From Alphaproteobacteria bacterium (GTDB lineage Bacteria > Pseudomonadota > Alphaproteobacteria > RF32 > CAG-239), in NCBI GenBank assembly GCA_017470165.1, contig JAFUEX010000020.1:19415-83414 (forward strand): DNA of 64,000 nt, given 5' to 3'. The notes beneath the pieces are model-generated. The model ran no database searches, had not been told where the DNA came from, and saw nothing but the letters and a program-made list of their open reading frames with translations. Shown piece by piece: positions 39,623-49,520 of the stretch. The translations under genes were made by a program, and so were the position numbers. How positions within the stretch are numbered: position 1 is the first letter of the stretch; the number at the start of each line of letters is the position of its first letter.

Positions 39623-40536
39623 TTGGCATTCCTGACCAGTTTATCGCAAAGCTCGGCATAACTCATTCCCAGCGCATATTTTGCCTGCTCCGGCACCAAC
39701 GACAGCGAGGTCATCCCCGGATTGGTATTAATTTCCAACATCACCACTCCGTCATCCGGATTATAACGGAAGTCTGTACGTGAAATGCCGTTGCACTCCA
39801 GCGCATTATGAATTTTTACCGCATAATCCAAACACACATCACGCACCTCATCACTGATATCGGCCGGCAACCGGTGGTGCGTTATTCCATCGGTATATTT
39901 GGCCTGATAATCATAAAACTTATTTTCCGTCACCAGTTCGGTCACCACATAGGCCTTGCCGTCCAAACACATTGCCGTCAACTCTTGTCCGGCAATATAG
40001 CGCTCCGCCAACAGCATCACCTCATCATTATCATAGCTGACCTTTTTTTCGCTTTTGCTGTCCTCCACAATAAACACACCGGCCGATGACCCGTCAGCCA
40101 CCGGTTTAATCACATAAGGCATCTTGAGTTTAACACCGCGGCGCTTAAACTCACCATAACTCAGCAACTCATCTTCCGCCACTTTTATTCCGCACGCTTT
40201 AGCCGCCAGCTTGGTAAAATATTTGTTCATCCCCAGCGCCGAAGTCAGAGCCCCCGAATGCGTATAGGGAATTTGCAAACAATCCAACAGGCCTTGTATT
40301 TCGCCGTCTTCGCCCCAATTGCCGTAAAGCCCGTTAAACACCGCATCCGGTTTTTCGGATTTTATTATCTCCAGCAAATTCCATGTATCGCGCCAATCAT
40401 AAACTATTACTTCATATCCTTTTTCGCACAATGCTCTTTGAATATCACCGGCGGCGCTCAGACTGACCTCGCGCTCATTGGAAAAACCTCCGACAATCAG
40501 CAAAACTTTCTTAAAATTCATTTTTACCTCTTTCAT
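39601..40536 (-). CDS. ddl: D-alanine--D-alanine ligase
   Basis: GGFSNEREVS, GEDG, FYDYQAKY and EINTNPGMT..SL motifs. Confidence 0.96.
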   Translation of the reverse strand: MKEVKMNFKKVLLIVGGFSNEREVSLSAAGDIQRALCEKGYEVIVYDWRDTWNLLEIIKSEKPDAVFNGLYGNWGEDGEIQGLLDCLQIPYTHSGALTSALGMNKYFTKLAAKACGIKVAEDELLSYGEFKRRGVKLKMPYVIKPVADGSSAGVFIVEDSKSEKKVSYDNDEVMLLAERYIAGQELTAMCLDGKAYVVTELVTENKFYDYQAKYTDGITHHRLPADISDEVRDVCLDYAVKIHNALECNGISRTDFRYNPDDGVVMLEINTNPGMTSLSLVPEQAKYALGMSYAELCDKLVRNAKCRKLPK

Positions 40537-40590
40537 TTCCTGAAATTTGTGCTAGTATACACTGCAAATCTTAACGAAAGAATAAAACCT

Positions 40591-41370
40591 ATGAAAAGTT
40601 ATCGAATTTTTTTTCTTATTTCGCTGTTTTATACCGGCTTGGCGCAAGCCTTCAGCGTTAATCACGATTTTTTGGTGCATATCGGCGCCTTTGATGCCGC
40701 CTCGGTCAATTTTCGCTATCAGATGAACCCTCAAGACTACAGCATCCGCTCTGTGGTATCGACCAACGGATTTTTTCACACCCTCTATCCTTTTGCCGCG
40801 CAATATGACACATCAGGCCGCATCATCAACGAAAAACTGATATCTCAAGACTATCGTTATATCTCGCAATCGCGTTTTAAGAACCGCAGCAAACAAGTGA
40901 TGTTTGACGACCAAGGTTTGCCTGTTTCTCAAACCGTAGTGAGCAACGGCCGCGAAAAAAAACGCAGCTTTCCGCCCGCCCCTTCTCCGGCTGATACTTT
41001 TGACTTGCAAACAATTATGATGAAAGTTGCCTATCAATACAATCTGTTGGGTTTTTGCGCCGCACATCTGGCGGTTTATGACGGCAAGCGGCATTTTGAT
41101 GTTGAAACCTCCGACTTGGGCAAGGAAAACCTTGCTGCCAATTCCGCTACACCCTTTTCCGGCCCCGCCCATCACTGTGCCATGCAAATCACCAAATCGC
41201 TCAATGATGATGACGACACCCTATGGGAATTTGCCGCCAACAAAACCATTGATTTTTGGATTATGCCGGATGAAACTTCGGCCAAACCTTTTATTGCCCG
41301 CGTAAAAATCAAAGACACACCCTTGGGCGAACTCAATGCTTATGCCACCAAAATCACTGTAGAGGACTAA
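40591..41370 (+). CDS. Secreted DUF3108-like beta-rich protein
   Basis: Signal peptide from ATG 40591; VYDGKRHF and 'IDFWI' strands recalled from DUF3108. The upstream ORF extension is antisense to ddl. Confidence 0.6.
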   Translation: MKSYRIFFLISLFYTGLAQAFSVNHDFLVHIGAFDAASVNFRYQMNPQDYSIRSVVSTNGFFHTLYPFAAQYDTSGRIINEKLISQDYRYISQSRFKNRSKQVMFDDQGLPVSQTVVSNGREKKRSFPPAPSPADTFDLQTIMMKVAYQYNLLGFCAAHLAVYDGKRHFDVETSDLGKENLAANSATPFSGPAHHCAMQITKSLNDDDDTLWEFAANKTIDFWIMPDETSAKPFIARVKIKDTPLGELNAYATKITVED

Positions 41371-41374
41371 TCAA

Positions 41375-42772
41375 ATGTTAGACAAAGCCGAACTTTTATT
41401 ACCGGCCGGTTCGCTGGTAAAATTAAAAACCGCCGTCTTATACGGAGCTGATGCCGTTTATGCCGGAACCCCCGATATGTGCCTGCGCGCTCAATCCAAA
41501 TTTTCCATTGATGAATTACAAGAAGGAATTGAGTTTGTTCACGCCCGCGGCAAAAAAATTTATCTAACACTCAACTTATTTATGCACAATCGCGATGTCG
41601 CTAAATTACCGTCATTCACCGCCACTTTGCGCGAGTTGCATCCCGACGGAGTATTGATTGCCGACCCCGGAGTATTTCAATACCTCAAAGAAAATGCCCC
41701 CGAGCTGAATTTGTTTGTCTCCACTCAAGCTAATATATGCTCCTACGCCGCCGTAAAATTTTGGCAATCACTGGGGGCCAAGCTCTGTGTTTTGGGGCGC
41801 GAAGTAACTTTCGAAGAAATCAAAGAAATAAGACAACGCTGCCCCGATATCCTGCTTGAAACTTTTATGCACGGAGCTATGTGTATGTCTTATTCCGGAC
41901 GCTGTCTAATATCCAACTATTTGGCTGACCGTTCGGCTAATCAGGGTAAATGCGCGCACTGTTGTCGCTGGCACTACAAACTGCACCTGCGGCTCAAAGA
42001 CGGCACCCTCAAAGAAATCGTCATCAATGAAGACAACAAAGATGTCTTTGAGTTTTTGCTGGAAGAGGATTTTCGCCAAGGCGAATATTACGAAGTAGTG
42101 GAAGACGAGCACGGCGGTTACCTGCTCAACTCCAAAGATATGTGCCTGTTGCCCAAATTGCCCGACTTGTTGTCCGTCGGTTTGGATTCGCTAAAGGTTG
42201 AAGGACGCAACAAAACCGAATATTATGCCGGAGTAGTTGCCCGTGCCTATCGTCAGGCCATTGATGATTGGTATTCTGCGCCGCAAACTTGGGATGCCGC
42301 TCGCTATATGCCCGAGCTCCACACTTTGCAAAACCGTGGCTATTGTTTGGGCTTTCACAATGGCAAATTAACCAACATCTCGCAAAACTACGAGTATACC
42401 CGCACTTTGGGAGATTGGCTGTTTGCCGGCTCAATCATCCGTTGGGAAGGTGATGATGCCATAATGGAAATCCGCAACTACATCCAATCCGGTGAAGAAT
42501 TTGAGTTTCTTATTCCTGCATCTTTGCAAGTTGTCAGACTGCAGTTAAACGAATTTATTGATGCGCTGAGCGGTGAAACCTCGCTCAAAGTTTCTGCCGG
42601 TCAGGGCAAGGCCATTCGCATCCGTCCGGATATGTGGCCGGCTCCCTTATCCGAGATTAAACGCCTTTTGCCGCAGTATACCATTGCTCGCAAATTTCAG
42701 CCCCTAAAAGGTGAAAATGCTGCCATGCTGCATCGTAAAACTGCAGAATTCGCTCAGCTTTGTGAAGACTAG
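41375..42772 (+). CDS. Peptidase U32 family (TrhP/YegQ-like tRNA hydroxylation protein)
   Basis: ELLLPAGS, GADAVY, HGAMCMSYSGRC, GKCAHCCR and SLKVEGR motifs. Confidence 0.92.
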   Translation: MLDKAELLLPAGSLVKLKTAVLYGADAVYAGTPDMCLRAQSKFSIDELQEGIEFVHARGKKIYLTLNLFMHNRDVAKLPSFTATLRELHPDGVLIADPGVFQYLKENAPELNLFVSTQANICSYAAVKFWQSLGAKLCVLGREVTFEEIKEIRQRCPDILLETFMHGAMCMSYSGRCLISNYLADRSANQGKCAHCCRWHYKLHLRLKDGTLKEIVINEDNKDVFEFLLEEDFRQGEYYEVVEDEHGGYLLNSKDMCLLPKLPDLLSVGLDSLKVEGRNKTEYYAGVVARAYRQAIDDWYSAPQTWDAARYMPELHTLQNRGYCLGFHNGKLTNISQNYEYTRTLGDWLFAGSIIRWEGDDAIMEIRNYIQSGEEFEFLIPASLQVVRLQLNEFIDALSGETSLKVSAGQGKAIRIRPDMWPAPLSEIKRLLPQYTIARKFQPLKGENAAMLHRKTAEFAQLCED

Positions 42773-43230
42773 TGCTTAACTGATGACTGTTGCAAAACCC
42801 GCAGCGCCGCATTTTGCAATTTAAGCATCCGATGATAATTCTCCTCATCACCGGCCTCATCATATACGTTTTTTAAAAACTCGGCCGTATGCGTCACTTT
42901 GGTTGCCTTAGCGTTAATGTCATCGGACATATTATTGGCCGCCCGCAACATATTAAACCCCAGTGCAACTTTGGCATTAAAACCGGCGGGTATTTCCGAG
43001 GCCTTGCACAAAAGCTCATAGGCTTTAGCAAAATCTTTTGCTTTGGCATAAGACGCAGCCAATCGCTTATACGCCCACAACAACAGCGTGTTACGCTTCA
43101 ACGATTGGTCTGCCGAGCATTGTAAATTATTTTCGCAAAAATCAATGACCTCGCGCATTGCCTGACGCGTTGCGCTGTCTCGGGCCTTCACTGCCAAAGT
43201 ATAAGCCTCCACAATATCTTTCGGCATCAT
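42769..43230 (-). CDS. Hypothetical helical/TPR-like protein
   Basis: Open frame with amphipathic helices (AYKRLAASYAKAKDFAKAYELLCKA). Start taken as ATG 43230 (track 43299). Confidence 0.6.
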   Translation of the reverse strand: MMPKDIVEAYTLAVKARDSATRQAMREVIDFCENNLQCSADQSLKRNTLLLWAYKRLAASYAKAKDFAKAYELLCKASEIPAGFNAKVALGFNMLRAANNMSDDINAKATKVTHTAEFLKNVYDEAGDEENYHRMLKLQNAALRVLQQSSVKH

Positions 43231-43241
43231 TCCGCCTTCTG

Positions 43242-43574
43242 CTAATTGGCCGGACAATTGCCGCAGCTGCAGCAAGCATCGTTTTTCGATTGCAAACAAT
43301 ATTCGCTGCGATTGAGCTTATTTTCGTGAAAAACTTCACAATCCTCGCACAAACACCCTTTATCCTCTTCAATACAATTACTGGTTCCATAAGCGCAAAA
43401 CATTCCCTCAAAATGCTCCAGATTATCCATTCCTTCCATCATTCGCCACAAATTCACCGGATAATTCTTTATCTTGCAACCCAAGGTATACGAGGGGCAA
43501 TCATTGCAACGACATTTTTTCAGATTTTCTTTAGTCCGAGCAACGGTTTGCATCAATTTTCTCCTTTTTTGCAT
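43242..43574 (-). CDS. Small Cys-rich protein, DUF2769-like
   Basis: CRCNDCPSY...FC...C...CLCEDC.V...YC pattern; 14 Cys. Family assignment is from memory. Confidence 0.65.
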   Translation of the reverse strand: MQKRRKLMQTVARTKENLKKCRCNDCPSYTLGCKIKNYPVNLWRMMEGMDNLEHFEGMFCAYGTSNCIEEDKGCLCEDCEVFHENKLNRSEYCLQSKNDACCSCGNCPAN

Positions 43575-43660
43575 TAAAACGCTGCCCTTGATATAAGTGC
43601 AAATCTATTATGTGACAATACAACCTGTGGCTATATTTTTCTTGTCTTTCGGCTTAAATG

Positions 43661-43948
43661 TCACACCCGCTTAAAAACGCCGTATTCCACCTCCGGCAAA
43701 AACGAACTTATACGTCCGACAACAAACTCGAGTTTGTCAACTCTTCCCCACAGCGGACCTTTTTGACAAGCCTGCAGCATTTCATCAACCGCACTCTCCT
43801 CACCTTGCAGCCGCAGCAGCACCGAACCATCATAATCATTATGTACCCAACCGGACAAACCGCCTATTTCTTTAGCCTTTGCCACGGCAAACCGGCGATA
43901 TCCCACGCCTTGCACCCGTCCGCTCACTCTCACCACTACATCGCGCAT
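43661..43948 (-). CDS. acyP: Acylphosphatase
   Basis: VSGRVQGVGYR and GWVHN..DGSV motifs. Confidence 0.95.
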   Translation of the reverse strand: MRDVVVRVSGRVQGVGYRRFAVAKAKEIGGLSGWVHNDYDGSVLLRLQGEESAVDEMLQACQKGPLWGRVDKLEFVVGRISSFLPEVEYGVFKRV

Positions 43949-44442
43949 TGCCTATTAAATTCCTCAATCACTTGCAAATCATTCAACTGAGCCTGCCGCA
44001 ATTTGGCTGCCTTTGCATCCTCGCCCCAGCGCTCGTTCTGCCACAATTCTTCTGCTTGTGCCAGCAAAAACGCCTCATCCGCCGTCAGCCGTCCTTCAAC
44101 CAAAGCCAAGCCAAGCAACACCGAGCGCATATTAAGCATTGCTGCATACCAACAGCAAAACTGCCCATCGCCCATCCGCGCAAAAACTCCGTCCAAAGCC
44201 GCCACCAATTCCCGATTATCCGGCACCTCCAGCTCATCAGTCACTGCAATTTTTATCTGCAGCTCCGCTTGTGCCCAATTCAAAATCGGCTGCCACATTT
44301 CTTGCTGACGTTTTTTCAGCTCCGGTTTTTCACTGAAAAAAAACAACAAATCCGTCTGCGCAAAAATCTTCAGTTGCCGCTCCATGGCCGAGCGGTTTTT
44401 CTCCAACTCGGCCAGCGCCTGTTCCAAGTCCTGTTTGTGCAA
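43936..44442 (-). CDS. ATP12-family chaperone, short form
   Basis: TDLLFF, WQPILNWA, SVLLGLAL and EELWQNERWGED motifs; 168 aa. Confidence 0.85.
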   Translation of the reverse strand: MHKQDLEQALAELEKNRSAMERQLKIFAQTDLLFFFSEKPELKKRQQEMWQPILNWAQAELQIKIAVTDELEVPDNRELVAALDGVFARMGDGQFCCWYAAMLNMRSVLLGLALVEGRLTADEAFLLAQAEELWQNERWGEDAKAAKLRQAQLNDLQVIEEFNRQCAM

Positions 44443-44445
44443 GGT

Positions 44446-46557
44446 TTACTTTCCTTTCAATTCGCTTTTGAGATTGCTTTTCAATGACTTAAACAAATCC
44501 TTTGCCGTATTTCCGATGCCTTTTATCGCTTCTTTGGTATTGCCGGTCACGTTTTGATAAACATCTTTAGCATCATTTGTCGCACTCTCCTGACGCGGAA
44601 ACCGCGCGACAAATTTAGTGCCTTGCAAGGCGGTATTGCACAAATTACTATCTCCGCTCATCAAAACCTCCGAGCCCAAATACAAACCTCCGGTGGCCAC
44701 CGAGCCCACCACGGTTGACAAAGCCGAAGTTTTATCCAGTCCGATGGACGGCGAACTTAATGTACCTTTCAGCCGTATAAACGAAGCTAAGGCCTGTGTA
44801 ATATTTCCCGAAGCCAGTTTATTCATCATCGGTGCCACCGTAAAATCAATTTTGTCATTCACCAAATTGATATTACCGCTTCCCACTACTTTCAGCTTAT
44901 CCGAACTAAAAGCAATACCCTTGTCAAATTCCGCCTTACCTTTACCCAGTTTGGCATTAACCACCGCACACTCCACCTCCAATTGCGTGTTGGTCGCAGC
45001 GTCCATCTTCAACAGCTTAAACAATTCACCCAACACCCCATCGGTCAGCCAATCCAGTTTGCCGGTTTTCATCGTCGATTTGTTCACCAGCACCACTGCT
45101 TGTCCATCCAAATTTTCCGACCATTTACGATAGGTCGCGCCGCCGGTGGCCGCCTTAACCTCCACATCCATAATTCCACCGCTCAAAATTTGCAGATTAT
45201 TATCATTGCGAAAAGTTTTATACAAATCCGCCACTCTGAGATTATCCGCCCTCAGATTCAAAACTGCCGTCTGTTTACCGGCATTGACACTGCCGTCAGC
45301 CGCCACATTACCGCCGAAAATCTTAGCCTCAGCTTTGCTCAAATTCAATACTCCGCCACTGAGTTTTGCATTAACTGTCATATCCTGCGCTACAATGTCA
45401 TCCGGCGCTATAAGTTTGCCGATTTTCAAATTAGCCGCCCCGTCTGCCAAAGCCAAATATTGATAAGGCACCTTATCATTCGGCACGGCCTCAAGCGCCT
45501 GCGCCTCACCGATTAGTTGCCATTTCACTCCGGTCAATACCGAATTTTTGCTCAACGAATTAAGGTCAAACACATCACTTTTCAAGTCTGCATTAACTTG
45601 CGGTTTACTCTTACTCCAATCAGCTTTAATGCTGCCTGCAACCAAATTATTGGCAATATTCAAGCTCCGTACATTAATATCGGCATTCGTCACATCACCG
45701 TCAACCCGCGCCAACAAGCTGGTCTCTGGAGCCCCGAAATTTCCCGCCGGATTATGCGCATCAATCTCCACGCTGTATTTTACATCTCCGGTTATGTTAC
45801 CTATAGTGCCGTTAAAGACCGTCTGTGTTTTCAAAGCCTTCAGCTTGCCGCTAAATTCGACATCTCCGCTTTGCATAATCTTATCCAAACTCGAAGTTTC
45901 GGCTTCCAATTCCACATTTTGCCCGTCATATATCGCTTCGACACTGATTTTCAGCGGCTCATTGCCGCCTTTAGCCTCCAACTCCAGCTCTTTGACTAAT
46001 ACTTCTGTAGTTATATCCTTGCCGGCCTCATAATAAGTAACCCGACCATCCTCCAATTTAACCTCGTCTGCCACAAAACCTATCGCGGCAGTCGCTGTTC
46101 CCGCACTAATCTGAGAGCTTTGGACGTTACCAACTTTTCCTCCGCTCCCTTTGGCTGCCAGTTTGGCAAACTCCCAGCTCTTTTGCCCATCCTTGGACAC
46201 CTCCAAAAACACCTCCGGACGAATTAGCACAAACTTCTTTATATCAATTTTTTTGTGCATCAAAGCCCCCAGCGAAAATTTTATCTCCAATTGCTCCAGT
46301 TTGGCCATATAAGGATTTTGCGCCCACTCCGGATTAGCCAAAGTCACATCATTAATCACCAGCGTCGGTATCAGAGACAACCCGATTTTTGCATCGCCGT
46401 TCAACATCAATTTGCGACCGGTCTGCTGATACGCTGCATCCTCAATATAACTTTTGTAACGGTTCAAATCAAAATTGCGCACAAACACAAACCCGCCGAT
46501 TGCCAAAATAATAATCAGCGAAGCCACTATTGATGCAGTCTTTTTTACTATTCCCAT
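44446..46557 (-). CDS. AsmA family protein
   Basis: N-terminal anchor, DLNRYKSYIE..AYQQTGRKL, NPEWAQNP, and a long beta-groove-like body. Start ATG 46557. Confidence 0.85.
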   Translation of the reverse strand: MGIVKKTASIVASLIIILAIGGFVFVRNFDLNRYKSYIEDAAYQQTGRKLMLNGDAKIGLSLIPTLVINDVTLANPEWAQNPYMAKLEQLEIKFSLGALMHKKIDIKKFVLIRPEVFLEVSKDGQKSWEFAKLAAKGSGGKVGNVQSSQISAGTATAAIGFVADEVKLEDGRVTYYEAGKDITTEVLVKELELEAKGGNEPLKISVEAIYDGQNVELEAETSSLDKIMQSGDVEFSGKLKALKTQTVFNGTIGNITGDVKYSVEIDAHNPAGNFGAPETSLLARVDGDVTNADINVRSLNIANNLVAGSIKADWSKSKPQVNADLKSDVFDLNSLSKNSVLTGVKWQLIGEAQALEAVPNDKVPYQYLALADGAANLKIGKLIAPDDIVAQDMTVNAKLSGGVLNLSKAEAKIFGGNVAADGSVNAGKQTAVLNLRADNLRVADLYKTFRNDNNLQILSGGIMDVEVKAATGGATYRKWSENLDGQAVVLVNKSTMKTGKLDWLTDGVLGELFKLLKMDAATNTQLEVECAVVNAKLGKGKAEFDKGIAFSSDKLKVVGSGNINLVNDKIDFTVAPMMNKLASGNITQALASFIRLKGTLSSPSIGLDKTSALSTVVGSVATGGLYLGSEVLMSGDSNLCNTALQGTKFVARFPRQESATNDAKDVYQNVTGNTKEAIKGIGNTAKDLFKSLKSNLKSELKGK

Positions 46558-46567
46558 AGTTATCTCC

Positions 46568-47500
46568 TTATATATTTTTATCCAACCGTAAACCCAAAAA
46601 CCGCAGCGCCTCAACAAAATATTCCGGCAGCTCGGCCTTAATAATCACATTTTTATATATGTTTGATAAATCTATTTTGTATGCGTGCAAATACAATTTA
46701 TCGGCAATGTCTCTTATTCGTTTCTCATTGGGCAAAAAATATTTGCCATCCCCGACTATCGGATTGCCGATATGCAGCATATGCACCCGCAGCTGATGCG
46801 TGCGACCGCTGAGCGGCTTTAACTTCACCAATGCAAAATCATCACCGGCTGCATCTATAACTTCCATTTCGCTGAGCGCCGGTTGCCCGTTTGGGGTCAC
46901 CATCATCTTCTCGCCGATCTTATCCAGCGGTGCATCTATTCGCATTTTGCTTTTCGCTGGTCTGCCGTTCACAATCGCGGCATAAGTCTTTTGCACCCGA
47001 TGCTCCTTAAATGCTTTTGTCAGAGCAACTGCACTCTGCCGGTTTCTTGCCAAAACCAACACCCCCGAAGTGTCTTTATCAATCCGGTGCACTAATTTGG
47101 GCGCCTCCTCATTACCAAACTTTAATGCCTCCAACAATCCGTCAATATGAAATTTAGTGTTGGTTCCCCCCTGCACTGCCACCCCCGATGGTTTGTTCAG
47201 CACTATGATATTCTCGTCTTTATATATCACCAACGACAACACAAATTTAACATCCTTGGCATCAAGTTCATTTTTTCTATCCGCCGCATTGGCTGCCGTC
47301 AGCGGCGGAATTCTCACCTCCTGTCCTTGAACCAACTTAAGTGCCGCCATCGCCTTTTGTCCGTCAACCTTAATTTGTTTGGTGCGCAGCAATTTTTGCA
47401 ACCTCGACATCGGTAAATCGGGATAATATTTCAAAAACCACCGATTTAACCGCATACCATCATCCTGCGGCTTAACTTTTATCAGTTCCACTTGCCCCAT
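46568..47500 (-). CDS. rluC: RluA-family 23S rRNA pseudouridine synthase (RluC-like)
   Basis: S4-like N-terminus, NKPSG, VHRIDKDTSG and GRTHQLRVH motifs. Confidence 0.9.
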   Translation of the reverse strand: MGQVELIKVKPQDDGMRLNRWFLKYYPDLPMSRLQKLLRTKQIKVDGQKAMAALKLVQGQEVRIPPLTAANAADRKNELDAKDVKFVLSLVIYKDENIIVLNKPSGVAVQGGTNTKFHIDGLLEALKFGNEEAPKLVHRIDKDTSGVLVLARNRQSAVALTKAFKEHRVQKTYAAIVNGRPAKSKMRIDAPLDKIGEKMMVTPNGQPALSEMEVIDAAGDDFALVKLKPLSGRTHQLRVHMLHIGNPIVGDGKYFLPNEKRIRDIADKLYLHAYKIDLSNIYKNVIIKAELPEYFVEALRFLGLRLDKNI

Positions 47501-47511
47501 CTTATTTACCT

Positions 47512-48132
47512 TTAAGCTCCGTAGGAAAAATATTTCACGCTTTCAAACACTACAATCCGCTTAACTCCGGTAAAATTAAGCACACTGCTGCCATACATCA
47601 CGCTTCCCGAAGCAAACGGCAAACTCCCGTTGCGCAGTTGATATTCCCGCACATCGGACAAACTCATATTTACCCCGTTGGCAAAAGCTATCATCCAGCC
47701 ATAGGTATCAAACCCCGCATTGATATGTATGGTATCATTTTCCGGACTGCCTGCAAAATCTCCGCTGGTGAAATCTCGGCTCAAATCATAGGATTGATAA
47801 TTCTTTTCCCCATCGTACATTCTTAAAAAACCGATATTATCCGCGCCATCTATCCCTCTGAGCGCCCAATTCTCATCTCCGACATAGTCCCTTATCCCTA
47901 AGGCCACATCTTGTGTTTCTTCTGCCGGTTGCGTTTCTTCCAGCGGGGCTGTCTCCAGCTCAGCCGCATCATTTACTGCCCCATCACTCATACCATCATC
48001 ACCTTCAAGCATTGCCGTGCTTTCCGGCGTTTCTAAAATATCATCAAAGTTAAAATCACTCATCGCATCATCATCTGCTGCCGGCAAATCATCTTCCAAC
48101 TCTGTGCTCATTGTCATATCTCCTCTTGTCAA
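47512..48132 (-). CDS. Hypothetical protein with highly acidic N-terminal half
   Basis: 206-aa open frame in operon orientation; D/E-rich first ~75 aa, then a globular-looking domain. Confidence 0.7.
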   Translation of the reverse strand: MTRGDMTMSTELEDDLPAADDDAMSDFNFDDILETPESTAMLEGDDGMSDGAVNDAAELETAPLEETQPAEETQDVALGIRDYVGDENWALRGIDGADNIGFLRMYDGEKNYQSYDLSRDFTSGDFAGSPENDTIHINAGFDTYGWMIAFANGVNMSLSDVREYQLRNGSLPFASGSVMYGSSVLNFTGVKRIVVFESVKYFSYGA

Positions 48133-48137
48133 CTTTG

Positions 48138-49496
48138 TTAAATAGGCAGTTCAATCACCACTTTTAATCCGCCCAACCGACTATCATCCAACATTATCCG
48201 TCCGCCGTGCGCCGCTATAATATCTTTGGTAATGGCCAACCCCAAACCGATACCGCCCGTCTCCTTGTTGCGCGATTCCTCCAGTCGATAAAATGCCCTG
48301 AACACCTCATCGCGCTTGTTTTGCGGAATTCCCGGTCCGTTGTCATCAATTATGATATTAGCCTTTTTGTCGCTCATATCCACCGCAACTTCAACCTTTT
48401 TGCCGTAACGACAGGCATTGGCCAAAATATTGCCGATGGCGCGTCGTACCGCCTGCTCCTTAATCCTGACTTTTTTATCATTTTTCTTAATGCGGCATTT
48501 CAAATTTTTATGTTCGATTCGGAACCTGTCACACAAATTCTTAACCAACGCCCCCAAATCCACCTCTTGTGCACTCTCATCACCTTCTCCGCGCACAAAG
48601 GCCAGATATCCGTTCAGCATCTTTTCCATTTCGTCAATGTCCAACAGCAGATCATCTTTATCTTGCACATCGCCCATCATCGAGGCTGTCAGCTTCATCC
48701 GAGTAAGCGGAGTGCGCAAATCGTGCGATATACCCGCCAGCATATGCGTACGTTCCATAATCGAGCGCAAGATACGCTCTTTCATTTTGATAAATGCCAA
48801 ACCGGCCTTACGAACCTCTGATGACCCATAGGGCTTAAATCCATCTTCATAAATTCCCTTACCGAAATTCTCCGAGGTTTGCGCCAAATCAGCGATTGCC
48901 CGCACCTGAATACGCAAAAACAACATTGATACAATCAGTAGAGCTGTTGAGGTTGCTATCATCCACACTACAAACATAAAAATCGACGACGAAAATATCT
49001 TTTTGCGCGGCAACGAAAATTGATAAACCTCATCACCATCTTCAAGCAAAATCACCAAATCACGGGTCTTTGAGGCCGTATCATTAAAAATCTGCCATCC
49101 CTGCGCCCCAAACTCGTGCTCCAGCGCCGAGCGCAGATAATCAACCGCCATTTTGTTACGCTCCGGCACATAATTAACCGGCAGGCTGTCTCCCACCCCT
49201 TTAACTACAAACGATATCTGCAAATTTCTGTCTGCCAGCACCTCTACATCTTCACGCGCCATTCCTTGTTCCAGCAAAACCCTGATTACTTTAATATCAT
49301 CAATCACATTATCTGCCATCCGGCGCCCCATCCGGCTCCAGCTACTGTCGAAAAACACCACCAACGACACTATTTGCACCCCGATAAGCGGAATAAATAT
49401 CAGCATCATTGTACGGAAAAACAAAGTCCTCGGCAACAATTTATAGCGCCAATAACTCAAAACTTCTTCCCATTTTGCCGGTAACCGCAGATGCAT
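48138..49496 (-). CDS. EnvZ-like sensor histidine kinase
   Basis: Two TMs, HAMP, GISHDLRTPLTR, N box, DNGPGIP and GLGLAI. Confidence 0.93.
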   Translation of the reverse strand: MHLRLPAKWEEVLSYWRYKLLPRTLFFRTMMLIFIPLIGVQIVSLVVFFDSSWSRMGRRMADNVIDDIKVIRVLLEQGMAREDVEVLADRNLQISFVVKGVGDSLPVNYVPERNKMAVDYLRSALEHEFGAQGWQIFNDTASKTRDLVILLEDGDEVYQFSLPRKKIFSSSIFMFVVWMIATSTALLIVSMLFLRIQVRAIADLAQTSENFGKGIYEDGFKPYGSSEVRKAGLAFIKMKERILRSIMERTHMLAGISHDLRTPLTRMKLTASMMGDVQDKDDLLLDIDEMEKMLNGYLAFVRGEGDESAQEVDLGALVKNLCDRFRIEHKNLKCRIKKNDKKVRIKEQAVRRAIGNILANACRYGKKVEVAVDMSDKKANIIIDDNGPGIPQNKRDEVFRAFYRLEESRNKETGGIGLGLAITKDIIAAHGGRIMLDDSRLGGLKVVIELPI

Positions 49497-49520
49497 CTCA
49501 GCTCAAGCCCCATTCTCTCG

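Noticed and set aside
40258-40590. N-terminal extension of the DUF3108-like ORF
   Set aside because: It is antisense to ddl; the signal peptide begins at ATG 40591.
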